Positions 10,999-21,769 of a stretch of 64,000 bases of DNA are shown here, piece by piece (position 1 is the stretch's first letter; every line of letters begins with the position of its first letter). Made by a program: the position numbers and the translations under genes. The notes below the pieces were generated by a model. That model saw only the letters and a list, made by a program, of their open reading frames with translations. It made no database searches and had not been told where the DNA came from. This DNA is from Ginglymostoma cirratum. Its lineage: Eukaryota. The stretch is taken from positions 2,046,279-2,110,278 of the forward strand of contig JAHRHZ010000085.1 in assembly GCA_024137785.1 (NCBI GenBank), in the 5' to 3' direction.

Positions 10999-13900
10999 CT
11001 ACGAAGTCAAGTTAGTTAGTTCAGTGCTTTTGTCCGTGTGCTGTATGGTATTAAAGGCCATTTTGAAAAAGGAAAACAAAAATAACTAATTTAAAATGCC
11101 ACCGGCGAGCACATGAGAATAGGAACATTTGCCTCCCCAAGACTGCCCCACTATTGAATTAATGATTGCTATTCTTCACTGCATCTTCGCCTGCGCCCTT
11201 TTGTCCCAGATGCATTTGTTCTTTTTTAACCAGAAAACACTCGAATTCACTTCAGTTGCTGCTTTCCACGTTCAAAAAGCCTGACAAAATCTTTCGAAGT
11301 TCTACTGCTCATACCGTGCTTGCTGCATTGAAAATTTAGTTTAGTAGAACTCCGTAGAACTTTTAGCATGGTCTAACCCGCTGATAGAAAGTCCTCGAGA
11401 TAATGAAGTGAACATTAGAAACCATGGTGACTGCTACTTATTAGCTGAAAATTATGAAATGTCTCACTTTTTTGAATGGTGACATTGGACTAATTAGTCT
11501 GCAATTAGCTAACTTAACGGAGCTCTTGCGCCAAATATTGAACTTAGAGAGCGTTCAAACATCACTTTGTTATGTTTCCGAGCACACTTTACCATAAATC
11601 TCTTTTCATCATCTGTATAACGTGTAGATGTTTGGAAGCCCTTCGTATTTAAAGCAGCATACAGCATCCTGTTATCATCTATGAACCGAAAAGTCTATGG
11701 ATTTTTCATTGTCGAAATTATATAAAAGCTGAATAAAAAAATGCAGAAGGGAACTTTTTGTTGGATTAATGCAAAATATATCGTGACTTGTCAGAGCTGT
11801 TCAAGTTTATTACACACTCCAGTATTTATGTATACTTGCACAGTGTTTTCCAAGTTGACTGATTTTCCGGGTTCAATAAAATTAACGAGATATGACTTTT
11901 GGCCTGCATTGATATATCAAATAGTGTCTATTTCTCATATGAGATCATATCAAATATAATTTCGAGCGGGAAAATCTAGCCCATTGAGTTTGGACACATG
12001 CTTATAAAAAAAGCCCATTCATATTCACAAAGCTCATAGCAAGGTCAACTGGGCAACATTCTAACGATATTGCTGAAGTCTTAACATATGCACAGTCATC
12101 TCTCCAGTGCAGATTTTTATTTTTTAAAAAGAGGAAATGAAACCAAATTGCTTCTTTTCTTCACAATGCCTACAATTCCCCTGTGCTCAAGATGGTAGAT
12201 CCATGTGAATATTCAGGGGATAACATACAAATGTGAAACATATGTAACCAAAGTGGAGCTAAAACATAATGATTTAATTATGCATTTTCAGTATTGTCTT
12301 TTTAACACTACTACAGTATGTGACAAAGTGAATAACATTAACTTACCATTTCTTCACGATTCACGGAATTTTCCCCATTTTTCCGCAGTCCTAGAAACAA
12401 ATGATATTATTATTCCTCCATTTATGTTATATTAAGTCTTCTTTTAAAAAATGAGCAGTCCAGTCAAAGATCGTACTTCCGTCGATGTTATTTAGAAAAT
12501 AAATACTGCAATCCTAAAACTGCTAAACATTACTGCAGATTCCAACGGTATATTAACTTTCTCAAGTATGAGTACATATTTAATGCTTCCACAAATAGTT
12601 CCCAGTGCGCAACGCCAGTTTTAGGCCAACGTGGCTCGTGAGAGAACTACCCACTCATAATTGGGGTACAGAATTAATTACGTTAATTACGTTAGTCAAA
12701 CTGTAAAAACGACTGGCGTTTAAGAACAATACAGCAAATTAAACATACAGGCCAATTAAATAATTCTCTTATTCAAAAAGAAAACAAAGGTCAGAAGGGA
12801 AACTTATTATTTCAACAAAACCGATGCTATAATTGTGTTACTTTTTGCTTAGCTATCCTACTTCTCCATAACCATCGTGTTTCGGCTCTTAACTTCCGAC
12901 TTTTACCTTTGCGTTTCTTTCGCTGACACTGGCTCCCAATAATTATGATCAGCAGCAGAAAGATCAATGCTCCTCCCGTACTCCAATACATAACTGAATG
13001 GTTGAACGCACTGTCCTTACTAGCTGGAAAACAGATAATGATGACAAAATCTATTATATAAGTGTGGCGTGCTAACTCAGATATTTTATGATGAAAATGG
13101 CAGTGTAAAGCGGAAGTATAATGATTTGAGATAAAAGGTACTGCAGATGCTGGAGAATCCGAGATAACAAGCATGGGGCTGGATGAACACAGCAGGTCAA
13201 GCAGCATCATAGGAGCAGGAAAACTTGACGTTTCGGGCCTAAACCCTTCATCAGAAAGGTTTCTGATGAAGGGTTTANNNNNNNNNNNNNNNNNNNNNNN
13301 NNNNNNNNNNNNNNNNNNNNNNNNNNNNNNNNNNNNNNNNNNNNNNNNNNNNNNNNNNNNNNNNNNNNNNNNNNNNNNNNNNNNNNNNNNNNNNNNNNNN
13401 NNNNNNNNNNNNNNNNNNNNNNNNNNNNNNNNNNNNNNNNNNNNNNNNNNNNNNNNNNNNNNNNNNNNNNNNNNNNNNNNNNNNNNNNNNNNNNNNNNNN
13501 NNNNNNNNNNNNNNNNNNNNNNNNNNNNNNNNNNNNNNNNNNNNNNNNNNNNNNNNNNNNNNNNNNNNNNNNNNNNNNNNNNNNNNNNNNNNNNNNNNNN
13601 NNNNNNNNNNNNNNNNNNNNNNNNNNNNNNNNNNNNNNNNNNNNNNNNNNNNNNNNNNNNNNNNNNNNNNNNNNNNNTTTCTGATGAAGGGTTTAGGCCC
13701 GAAACGTCAAGTTTTCCTGCTCCTATGATGCTGCTTGACCTGCTGTGTTCATCCAGCCCCATGCTTGTTATCTCGTATAATGATTTGAGTTTTTAGAAGG
13801 CACAGACTATATGAATGTTCCTAGCGGCTAACTTCATATCCGGGAAAAACAGTGGTAAATGAAAACAAAATGCTGAGCAAAAAACTGTCAGAAAAAAAAA

Positions 13901-16900
13901 CAAAGGTTTAATAAAATTACTAGAGATAAGAATTTCAGCGAGAGGCGATCACTGAAATATTGCCCGAGGAAGACACGCGTCAAACTAATTACAACATGGT
14001 AAATGCCTTCGATAAGAGGTGGGAAAACGGAAAGCAGAAGATGGAGAAGCCACATATGATAAAAGTATACATGAACATAGCAAGAAGAATGCTTACTAAC
14101 CCAGAAAAAAAATGAGAATGTATATGCAGTGTGAATCGAACAAAGAGACCGGTAGAAATTTTAATCCTGTGCTACTTTAGGTATAACTGCGAAAGTGGAA
14201 TATAGCAGGTAATTTTAAAAGGGTACAATGAACGTAACAAAACCGGGAGATAGGAGGGTTTATCTAAACAGAGACTTGACAAAATAAATCTCTAGAAGCT
14301 AGTTTGCAAACAGAGATCAATTAATTCAATTGAAAAAGAAACTTCCACAATGATATATGAATGGAGCATGTTGGAAACAGTCAATTTTAGATTTAACACT
14401 GTGTAATGAACTAAAATTATGTCCCTTGGGAAATAAGTGATCATCAATGGTAACATTAAGATCTTTAAGACTGGCAGAGTTGTGCATAAGTTCAAAATGT
14501 GGCTGTGAAATATAAAGAAATCCACCGTCTGAAGTTGAGTGAGTGAGTTGGCTGAAGCAGATTTGAAAATAGATTTAATAATACAAAGTTAGGGAATCAA
14601 TAGCAATCATTAATTTCAACAAATCCATTTCATTAATGAAAACATTGTTTGCTGGAATATGATAAAACTGTAGCCAAGGGGAGGAGTTAAGAAATAGGAT
14701 GTCAGCACTCTATCTTAGTGCAAATTTGGAATAATAAACACCACATTAGCTGTGTTTAAATGAAGAAATTGACGATGTTGCTAATAGGAAGCAGTGAGCC
14801 GAAAGGCTGGGATTATTTTAAAATCAGTAAATAGATGGTGGCTCAGTAGTTAGCACTGCTGCCTCACAGCACCAGGAACCCAGGTTCATTTCCACCCTTG
14901 GGCAACTGAGTGTGTGGAATTTGCACATTCTCCCCATGTCTGCTTCGGTTTCCTCCGGGTGCTCCAGTTTCCTCCCACAATCCAAAAGATGTGCAAGCTA
15001 GGTGGATTTGACATGCTAAATTACCCCATAGTGTTCAGGAATGTGTAGCTTAGGTGGGTTATGGGGGAATGGGTCTGGGTGGGACGCTCTGATGGTGGGT
15101 GTGGACTTGTTGGGCCGAAGGGCCTGTTTCCGTACTGTAGGGATTCTATGATATACTTTGATCTTCCAAAATACTCCAGGATGCAGATTCGCTCTTATGC
15201 ATAGACAGGCGGCAAATACTAGATTGCTTCTCAACAAGGAAAACATAAACCAAATGTGAACTAGATGCAAGTGAGTCTATAAAATGGCAAGGAAATGCTA
15301 AAATCTATTACTAGCAGCAACAGAATAAGATATTTATAAAATGTCATTTTGAATGTGTATTAACAAGTAAGCTTTGTTATAGAATATCATATCTGACAAA
15401 TGTGTTTGAACATTTTGTTAGTTAAAAACAGATGAATAGACATTCAGAAATTACCAGGATCTTTGTCAAAGCTGTTTTGAAGGTAACTTTGTGTAAGTTT
15501 TTGAAGCCCACAGAAATCGATAGTGGTCTTGGTGCTGCAAAGCTACATCAATGACACAGAATCATGGATAGGCAGCTCTTGTGATGCAGTGGGAGTGTTC
15601 CTACCTCTGAATCAAGAGGCCTGGTGTCAGGTCCCACCTGCTCCAAGGGTGTGAAATGACATTTCTGGACAGGTTGATTACAAAATATCTTTGTGTATGG
15701 ATAAAGGCCTCTTGAGGCACTGTGGTGATGTCCCTATCTCTAGGCTAGAAAAACTGGATTCACATCCCACCTGGTCCAAAGGTAAAGTTATAACATGTCT
15801 GAACCTTGTAAGTCAAAATATTAGCAAAGTACTGGGCTTGCAGAGAGAGTGCAAATGCTCAGAACACCAAGCTGGCTTGACAGAATCCAAGATATGCTAG
15901 CAAGTAAAATCAAATGTTTAAAATCTTCCAAATCCAGCCATCAAACTGATTTCCCCTTTTGTTACCACTGAATGGTTGATAATATTTTCACAGACATTGA
16001 TTTTTATTTTGTAAGTAACTATCTCATAAAATTGTGCAGCGTTTCTGCACTGAAAATACAATTGCACTTTACCAAGGGTTTAATTACAAAGCATCTTTCC
16101 AAAAAGATGCACACCACAACATGTTATGCTCCATGGAGAGTGAAAGAGTGGCAGTGAGCATTGGATTGAGCTTCACTCCAGATCTGTCAGGATTGTGTAC
16201 TGACTCTGCATCCACTTCTACATATTTATTCTTCCTCTCATTCAAGCGATGGTCGACCGAAGATTGAAATAAAATGCAAATGCACATTGATATACCACCA
16301 GCTCATTATTTTGGAAAGGATGTCAGCAATCTACCTTGGTGTAAATTCGGAACAATAAATGTCACGTTAGCTGGAAATGGCAGGGTGACATGAGATACTT
16401 GACAAGTATAAACAACTCCACTCTGGACAGACTTCAAAAGGCTGGAAACTTTGTAAAGTCCATCTATGTTCAATTCTTTGGTTGTCTCTGGGTGAATTGT
16501 AATTTCAATTCCATTTTTGTACCATTTCAGAATGAACGCCTCTGGATAAAAATCATTTGTTTCACATATGAGATCCAAAAGAGTGGAATTCAAGAAAGGC
16601 ACGTTGGACAAAATTCTCAGTGGTGTTGGTGGAACTGCAAGAGGGGTAAAAGGCATACCAATTACATTCATTTTATAAGGAAAGATTAGATAAAAAGATT
16701 AAATAAACTGTCAATAATCAACAGACCATTGAATAATTGTAACTAAGTGGTATCCAGTGCATAAGAATAATCAATAAGACTATCTCTTGCTCTAATCTAA
16801 GTGACATTCAACCCAACATTGAAATGTAATGTAAATGCAATTAAGTGATTTGAGGAAAGTACAGAAATTTAAGAATAATGGACACGGCTTTGAAAGGGGG

Positions 16901-19198
16901 ACATAAGAATATGTTGGCTTGAATGCAAAACTGTGCTGTTATGATGATTTGAAAATGAACAATCAATTCAAATATTTTAATAAATCAGATCAGCATTTAT
17001 TAGGGCAGAACACCAGGGTCAGTGCATCATTGTTCCTGAATTGTAATTCAGCCCCAAAAAGAAAGCACCATTTCATTTCAATAACTGTAAAATTCTATTG
17101 ATATTAAGCACTGAGGTGGAAATACTTTTTTGTTTCTTTCAAGGACATGTTTATTAGTTAACATACCAAACTTTATGACATTGAACTTGAAGAATAGAAG
17201 ACAGGCGTTTTGGAACATAACTAATAAAATGAACTACATATATTGTGATTTGATGAATTTCTGTAAATGACAACCATGCATATTGGACAGTGGAGGAGTG
17301 TCTAGGGGTTGCCAAATCCAAAACATAGGAACAGGAATAGGCCATTCAACCCCACTATACTGCACTGTCATTCAACCAGATCACAGCAGATCTTTGGCCC
17401 AACTCCATTTGCCTGACTTTGGCCCATATTGCATGATAACCTTGCTTAATAATAAAAAAAGCTTAGCTCAGATTTAAATTTTACAGTTGAGTTGGCATCC
17501 ACCACAGTTTGAGGAAAAGTGTTCCAATACTCCACTACTCTCTACATGTAGAAGCACTTTCTAATATGCCTCCTGAATTGCCCTGCCCTAATTCTTAGAC
17601 TGTGTCCCAGTGCAAATAATTTATAATAATAATTTATAATCGACCCTGTTTCTCCCTGTCAATATCCTGAAAACTTCAATTAGATTCCCTCCCCCCCACT
17701 TAACCTTCTAAATTCGAGAGAATAAAGGTCTAATTTGTCTAATCTCTCTTCAGAACTTAACCCCTGAAGCACAGGTATCATCTTTGTAAGCCTGTGATGA
17801 ACTCTTTCCAGGGCCAAAAATCTTTCCTTAAGTGTGGTGCCCAGACCTGCTCACAGCACTCCACGGTGATTCTAAGTTTTTGTATAACTGCGGCATAACG
17901 TCTGCATCCCTATACCCCAGCGCTTTCGATATGAAGGCCATGTAACCTTTTAAACTATTTTCTGCACCTGTCCATGGCATTTCAAAGAGCTATGCACCCA
18001 AACCCCAGATTTGGTTGGACACCCATTGCATTTAACTTTGTGCTTTCTTAAAAATACACTGATGTATCCTTTTTCAGTGGAGGGCTTTTCAAAATCACTC
18101 GAGAGCACCCTTACATACAGTGTCCTACATGGATTCAAAGTTTATTTGCACACAGGCCTCATAGGATATTAAAGAAATTTGCGTGACAGTGCTACATTCC
18201 AGACTCTTTGTCTCAGGATTTATTCACAATTAAGATAAAGTCTCAAATATTTGAGGGAAAATACACAACATCATTTGATTTCTGACACTAAGCTAGAAAT
18301 ATGTACAGAAAAGCACTGAAGTTAAAAGAACACTTCAAGGATCTGCTGAGGGTCATTTAATTCAATTTAGGGGTACTGATGTTGGAACTAGCGTGCTATT
18401 TCAAATAAGTATAGAACAAACATCGAACAACCTTCTTCATATGTTGGCGTCAATGACTTTTATACAAATAAACAATTAAACAATGTTGAATTGGTGCGTG
18501 AATAACGGAGTGAGAAAGTGACATGTCTACCCCAAAAGTACGGTTCAATTCGACTGTGCGCTACATTCAGGATTGAGTCTGCACGTTGAGAAGAGAATTT
18601 TATTTTTGCACCTGACAAAAGTGCCACACATCATATGTGTGATGTTTCTTTATCTTTACCACCCGCCCCGAACCACATCTTCACTTACCGAATACTTTCA
18701 TCGTTGAGCCAGTTCCATTTACAATGCTGTTTCCCAGGGTTTTCACTCCACAGACGTATACCCCGGAATCCCGTGCACTGATGTTCTGGAGATGAAAGGA
18801 GCCGCCTCCTTGTTTAAAAAAGCGAAATACTTTCCTGCTCTCTGAGGTTCTTTGCAGAAATTTACTTTTGCCAAGTTTCCACCAATAAACCTCGACATCG
18901 GAGTTATCTTGAAAAATGGGAAATGTGCAATACAAGGTAACGTTTGAACCTACTCGGGCGTTCGTGCTTTCAGGCGCCTGGAAGACTTGGAAATGAGCCC
19001 GAATTGCAGCTATCAGAAAATAGAAGGGTAACTATGCGTTAGACGTGAAACAGGGGCAAGGACGCGACAGTTAACAGGTCGTTAAAGAAGCAAATTTCGG
19101 TTTGATTGTAAACATGGAAACAAAACAAAGGAATAGAAAATACCTGAGTAACAAATGACCAGAATCCACAGCAAAAGACGGACTTCGCGCAGACACAT
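10825..19198 (-). CDS. Spliced gene (7 coding exons, 370 aa): SIRP-like VJ-C1-TM inhibitory Ig-superfamily receptor with ITIM/ITSM-like tail
   Basis: Exons 19144-19198, 18689-19009, 16335-16634, 12907-13023, 12347-12390, 11593-11694 and 10825-10998 total 1113 nt. GT-AG introns have phases 1,1,1,1,0,0 and give one open frame from ATG to TAA. Confidence 0.88.
11593..11694 (-). CDS. Exon 6: cytoplasmic exon with ITIM-like MLYAAL
   Basis: TFRFIDDNRMLYAALNTKGFQTSTRYTDDEKRFM; 102 nt, phase 0-0; weak acceptor (ccatag|), donor |gtaaag. Confidence 0.62.
12347..12390 (-). CDS. Exon 5: short cytoplasmic exon GLRKNGENSVNREEM
   Basis: Acceptor tgtttctag|, consensus donor ATG|gtaagt, 44 nt, converts phase 1 to phase 0. 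Confidence 0.82.
12907..13023 (-). CDS. Exon 4: stalk, transmembrane segment and basic stop-transfer
   Basis: ASKDSAFNHSVMYWSTGGALIFLLLIIIIGSQCQRKKRK; acceptor gttttccag|, donor G|gtaaaa, 117 nt, phase 1-1. Confidence 0.9.
13131..13774. mobile_element. Palindromic PLE family A insertion in intron 3 of the receptor gene, spanning the assembly gap
   Basis: 15-bp TSD gtataatgatttgag at 13116-13130 and 13775-13789; intact hammerheads at 13227-13254 (-) and 13681-13708 (+). Confidence 0.88.
13278..13677. other. Assembly gap of 400 N
   Basis: Run of N. Confidence 1.
14836..15152 (+). mobile_element. tRNA-derived HE1-like SINE with CR1-type tail
   Basis: A box tggctcagtagttagc, B box ggttcatttcc, core tgcacattctcccc, tail ctgtagggattctatg. 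Confidence 0.88.
15570..15830 (+). mobile_element. Two tandem degenerate copies of a short tRNA-like SINE
   Basis: The two units resemble each other and a minus-strand copy near 21310-21430. Confidence 0.5.
16335..16634 (-). CDS. Exon 3: Ig C1-set domain
   Basis: LICETNDFYPEAFILKWYKNG...NIDGLYKVSS...YTCQVSHVTL has the FYP, WxxNG and YxCxVxH C1 motifs. Acceptor cccctcttgcag|, donor G|gtagat, 300 nt. Confidence 0.95.
17322..18030 (-). mobile_element. CR1 3' fragment in intron 2
   Basis: Antisense CR1 3' coding remnant and UTR (aacataggaacaggaataggccattc). Confidence 0.8.
18689..19009 (-). CDS. Exon 2: Ig V-set domain with germline-joined J-like segment
   Basis: AIRAHFQVFQAPESTNARVGSNVTLYC...VYWWK...FHLQNISARDSGVYVC...NGTGSTMKVF shows B-strand Cys, C-strand Trp, DxGxYxC and GxG. 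Acceptor ttttctgatag|, donor G|gtaagt, 321 nt, phase 1-1. Confidence 0.95.
19144..19198 (-). CDS. Exon 1: signal peptide MCLREVRLLLWILVICYS
   Basis: ATG at 19198, hydrophobic core, phase-1 donor CAG|gtatt that matches the V exon phase across a 134-bp intron. Confidence 0.85.
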
Positions 19199-19223
19199 GC
19201 TGAATAATAAATCTTCATAAATA

Positions 19224-19327
19224 GTTCTGAAGAAGGGTCAGTGGACTCCAAACGTTAGCTCTGCTTTATCGCTACAGATGCTGTTAAACCTCCACAGATC
19301 CTCCAGCAATTTCTTCTTTATTTTCTG
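19224..19327 (+). mobile_element. PLE family B pLTR remnant about 26 bp upstream of the receptor ATG
   Basis: ttctgaagaagggtcagtggactccaaacgtt...cagatgctg...ccagcaattt; hammerhead GAAA mutated. Confidence 0.72.
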
Positions 19328-19389
19328 TCATAAATATTCACCTCCTTCCTGCCAATTAACGTTTTTTTTAAACGGAACCCTATTCATAT

Positions 19390-19413
19390 CACCTGACGTG
19401 AGCAAGAGGAACT
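19390..19413. promoter_or_regulatory. Candidate promoter motifs: E-box CACCTG, CRE-like TGACGTGA, PU.1/Ets box AAGAGGAACT
   Basis: Motifs cluster about 200 bp upstream of the ATG; motif match only. Confidence 0.35.
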
Positions 19414-19455
19414 GGCATTCATCATCAACGAGCAGAATTGGAATTAGGAAAAGAT

Positions 19456-19768
19456 GGGGCGGCACGATGGCTCAGTGGTTAGCACTGCTGCCTCACAGCG
19501 TCAGGGACCCAGGTTCGATTCTAGCCTCCGGTGACTGTGGGTGCGGAGTTTGCACATTCTCCCCGTGTCTGCGCGGGTGTGCTCCGGTTTCCTCCCACAA
19601 TCCAAAGATGTGTAGGTTAGGTGGATTGGCCATGCTAAATTGCCTGTAGTGTTCAGGAGTGTGTAGATTCGGTGGGTTACAAGGGGACGGGTGTGGTTGG
19701 GGTACTCTAAGGTTCGGTGTGGACTTGTTGGGCCGAAGGGCCTGTTTCCACACTGTAGGGATTCTAGA
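19456..19768 (+). mobile_element. HE1-like tRNA SINE
   Basis: A and B boxes (tggctcagtggttagc, ggttcgattc) and CR1-like tail. Confidence 0.9.
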
Positions 19769-19789
19769 TACGTGCCTAGCATCGGAGAT

Positions 19790-20130
19790 ATAGATTCATA
19801 CTACACGGAAACAAAAACTTCAGTCCAAATCGTTCACTCCGGCTAAATATTTGCCAGCAGTTAACCAATATAGCTCCAATCCCTTCTTATTCATGTACTC
19901 AATCGGATGCCTCTTAAATGGTGCAATTGTACCCAGCTCCACCACTTCCTCTGGCATTTCGTTTCCACACACGCACCACCTTCTGCGTGAAAGAGTTAAC
20001 CCTCAGGTCCTTTTACATTTTCCCCCTCTCACTTTAAATGTATGCACTCTAGTTTTGAACTTCCCCATCATAAGAAAAAGATATTGGCTTATTCACCCTA
20101 TCCGTGCCTTTCATGATTTTGTGCACCTCT
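19790..20130 (-). mobile_element. CR1 3' fragment
   Basis: Antisense CR1 C-terminal remnant. Confidence 0.7.
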
Positions 20131-21769
20131 CTAACTCCTTAGCTTCTTCTTTTCCCCGAAGACTCCGGAAGGCTCAGTTCACACACCTGAAGTTTGTTTT
20201 AGGCTGTCTAATAACTCTCCTTATCACCCAAGTGAACTACTGAGAGAAAATTATTTATCTAATGAGCTTTAGTTTTCCTTTGACAACCTTTCAGCAACAC
20301 AGCATTGTCACGCTGATCGGACACGGCAGCAAGTCTCAAACAACAGCACCAAAAGTAAGTAGATGTAGGACTGAAATCATCATAGGTGCCATTATCAACT
20401 AAACATTCGCAAAATATTGAACAGTGCTCTGGTCGCAAACTCCCTGGCACACATAATGAGGAAGCGATCGTAGTGTGGGTAAGTCATTTTAACTTCATGA
20501 TTTAAAAAAAAATCCGTTATCAATAATCTGCTTTCTGTTGATTTGCTTATCATTGAATCATTTTACTGCTCCCCTGATAATTGCACATGCCTCAATTGTG
20601 CTGGCAAGGGACAAAAAAAGTCTTTGAATGTCGATTCAAATAAATCTAATTATCAAATAAATCAGGCAACTATATCAGACACGATTTGGTATTGAAATAT
20701 TCATGTTTACTGTTGTATCTGTGGCACGATCTTTTTCCAATTCAAAATATGTTTTGGCCCAGATTATGTTTCAAGCCAGCAGGCAGTCTACTGTTTTGTG
20801 GTTCCACACTCGATCGTCTGGCTATACGTGAACAAGAGCACAGCCTCAGCAATCCTCTAGGCCCCGATACCTACCCCGGTATGCAATCAGGATTAAGAGA
20901 TTCTGGTCAGAGTTTGCAACAGGATTCAGCTTCAGTTCCTTCTGTTGGTTTTCGACTCTGGGCACTGTTAATCGTTCACAACTTAGTATATATTTTTCTT
21001 GTCTAAAATTCTACACCATCCTTCCTGGCTGTGACGTTTGGGAAGTCATGACTATGTTGTTAATGTAGATACAATGTATTCATGTTATGCCTCCCCACAT
21101 CCAAAAGCATTTCTTTGCTCTGATTTAAAGCAGTCCACCTCCTTACTTGGCCAATGCAGTACACTTTTTAATGCTTGTAATTCAATTTCCGACCCCAGTT
21201 ACTTTATAAACCATTTCACACGCACTGCTTTTGCCTCTTTTATTTCCACTTTCCGCTCCCGCTGCATTTGATTTTATGAGAAACCTGCCACTTACCAGTA
21301 TAATCATTTGCAGCAGATACTTTGAATATTGTCTAAGCAACCTGTTCAGAGATGTTTTTACGCACCTCCGAATCCAGGCTCCTGGCTCAGAAGTAGACAC
21401 CCCCACCGCTGCACCTTTACAGTATTGCATCAGGAGATTATTTATGTTGTAACGTCCTTTACTTCGTGATGAATATAAGGTTTATTTTTATTGTGTAATT
21501 TATCGTCATGGTCCTTGTAATCACGTCAGATAACATATTCACTAGATTACCCAATAATCGCGACTGCATTCCGCCCAACCTATTTCTTCGTATCCGTCGA
21601 AGGTGCCCTCTTCAATAAGAAGGTGCTTGGGTTTGAATGATCATTGTTTGTAATTACTGAAGACCTAATAACATTGCGGTGAATATTTCATAAATGTTCT
21701 TCTGACTGACAGATGTTCACTACTCCGTATGTAATTGCACTAATCAGATCCCAACACACTGTCGCTTTA

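Noticed and set aside
12827-13796. Long ORFs of 311 aa and 207 aa
   Set aside because: Artefacts of translating through the N gap; only 12907-13023 (TM exon) is real coding sequence.
18600-19100. Possible rearranging Ig or TCR V segment
   Set aside because: No heptamer-nonamer RSS seen; the J-like segment is already in the exon, and the gene has a long ITIM tail unlike Ig or TCR chains.
19456-19530. tRNA-like sequence with A and B boxes (also near 14836 and 37913)
   Set aside because: These are SINE heads continuous with the SINE core and CR1-like tail, not tRNA genes.
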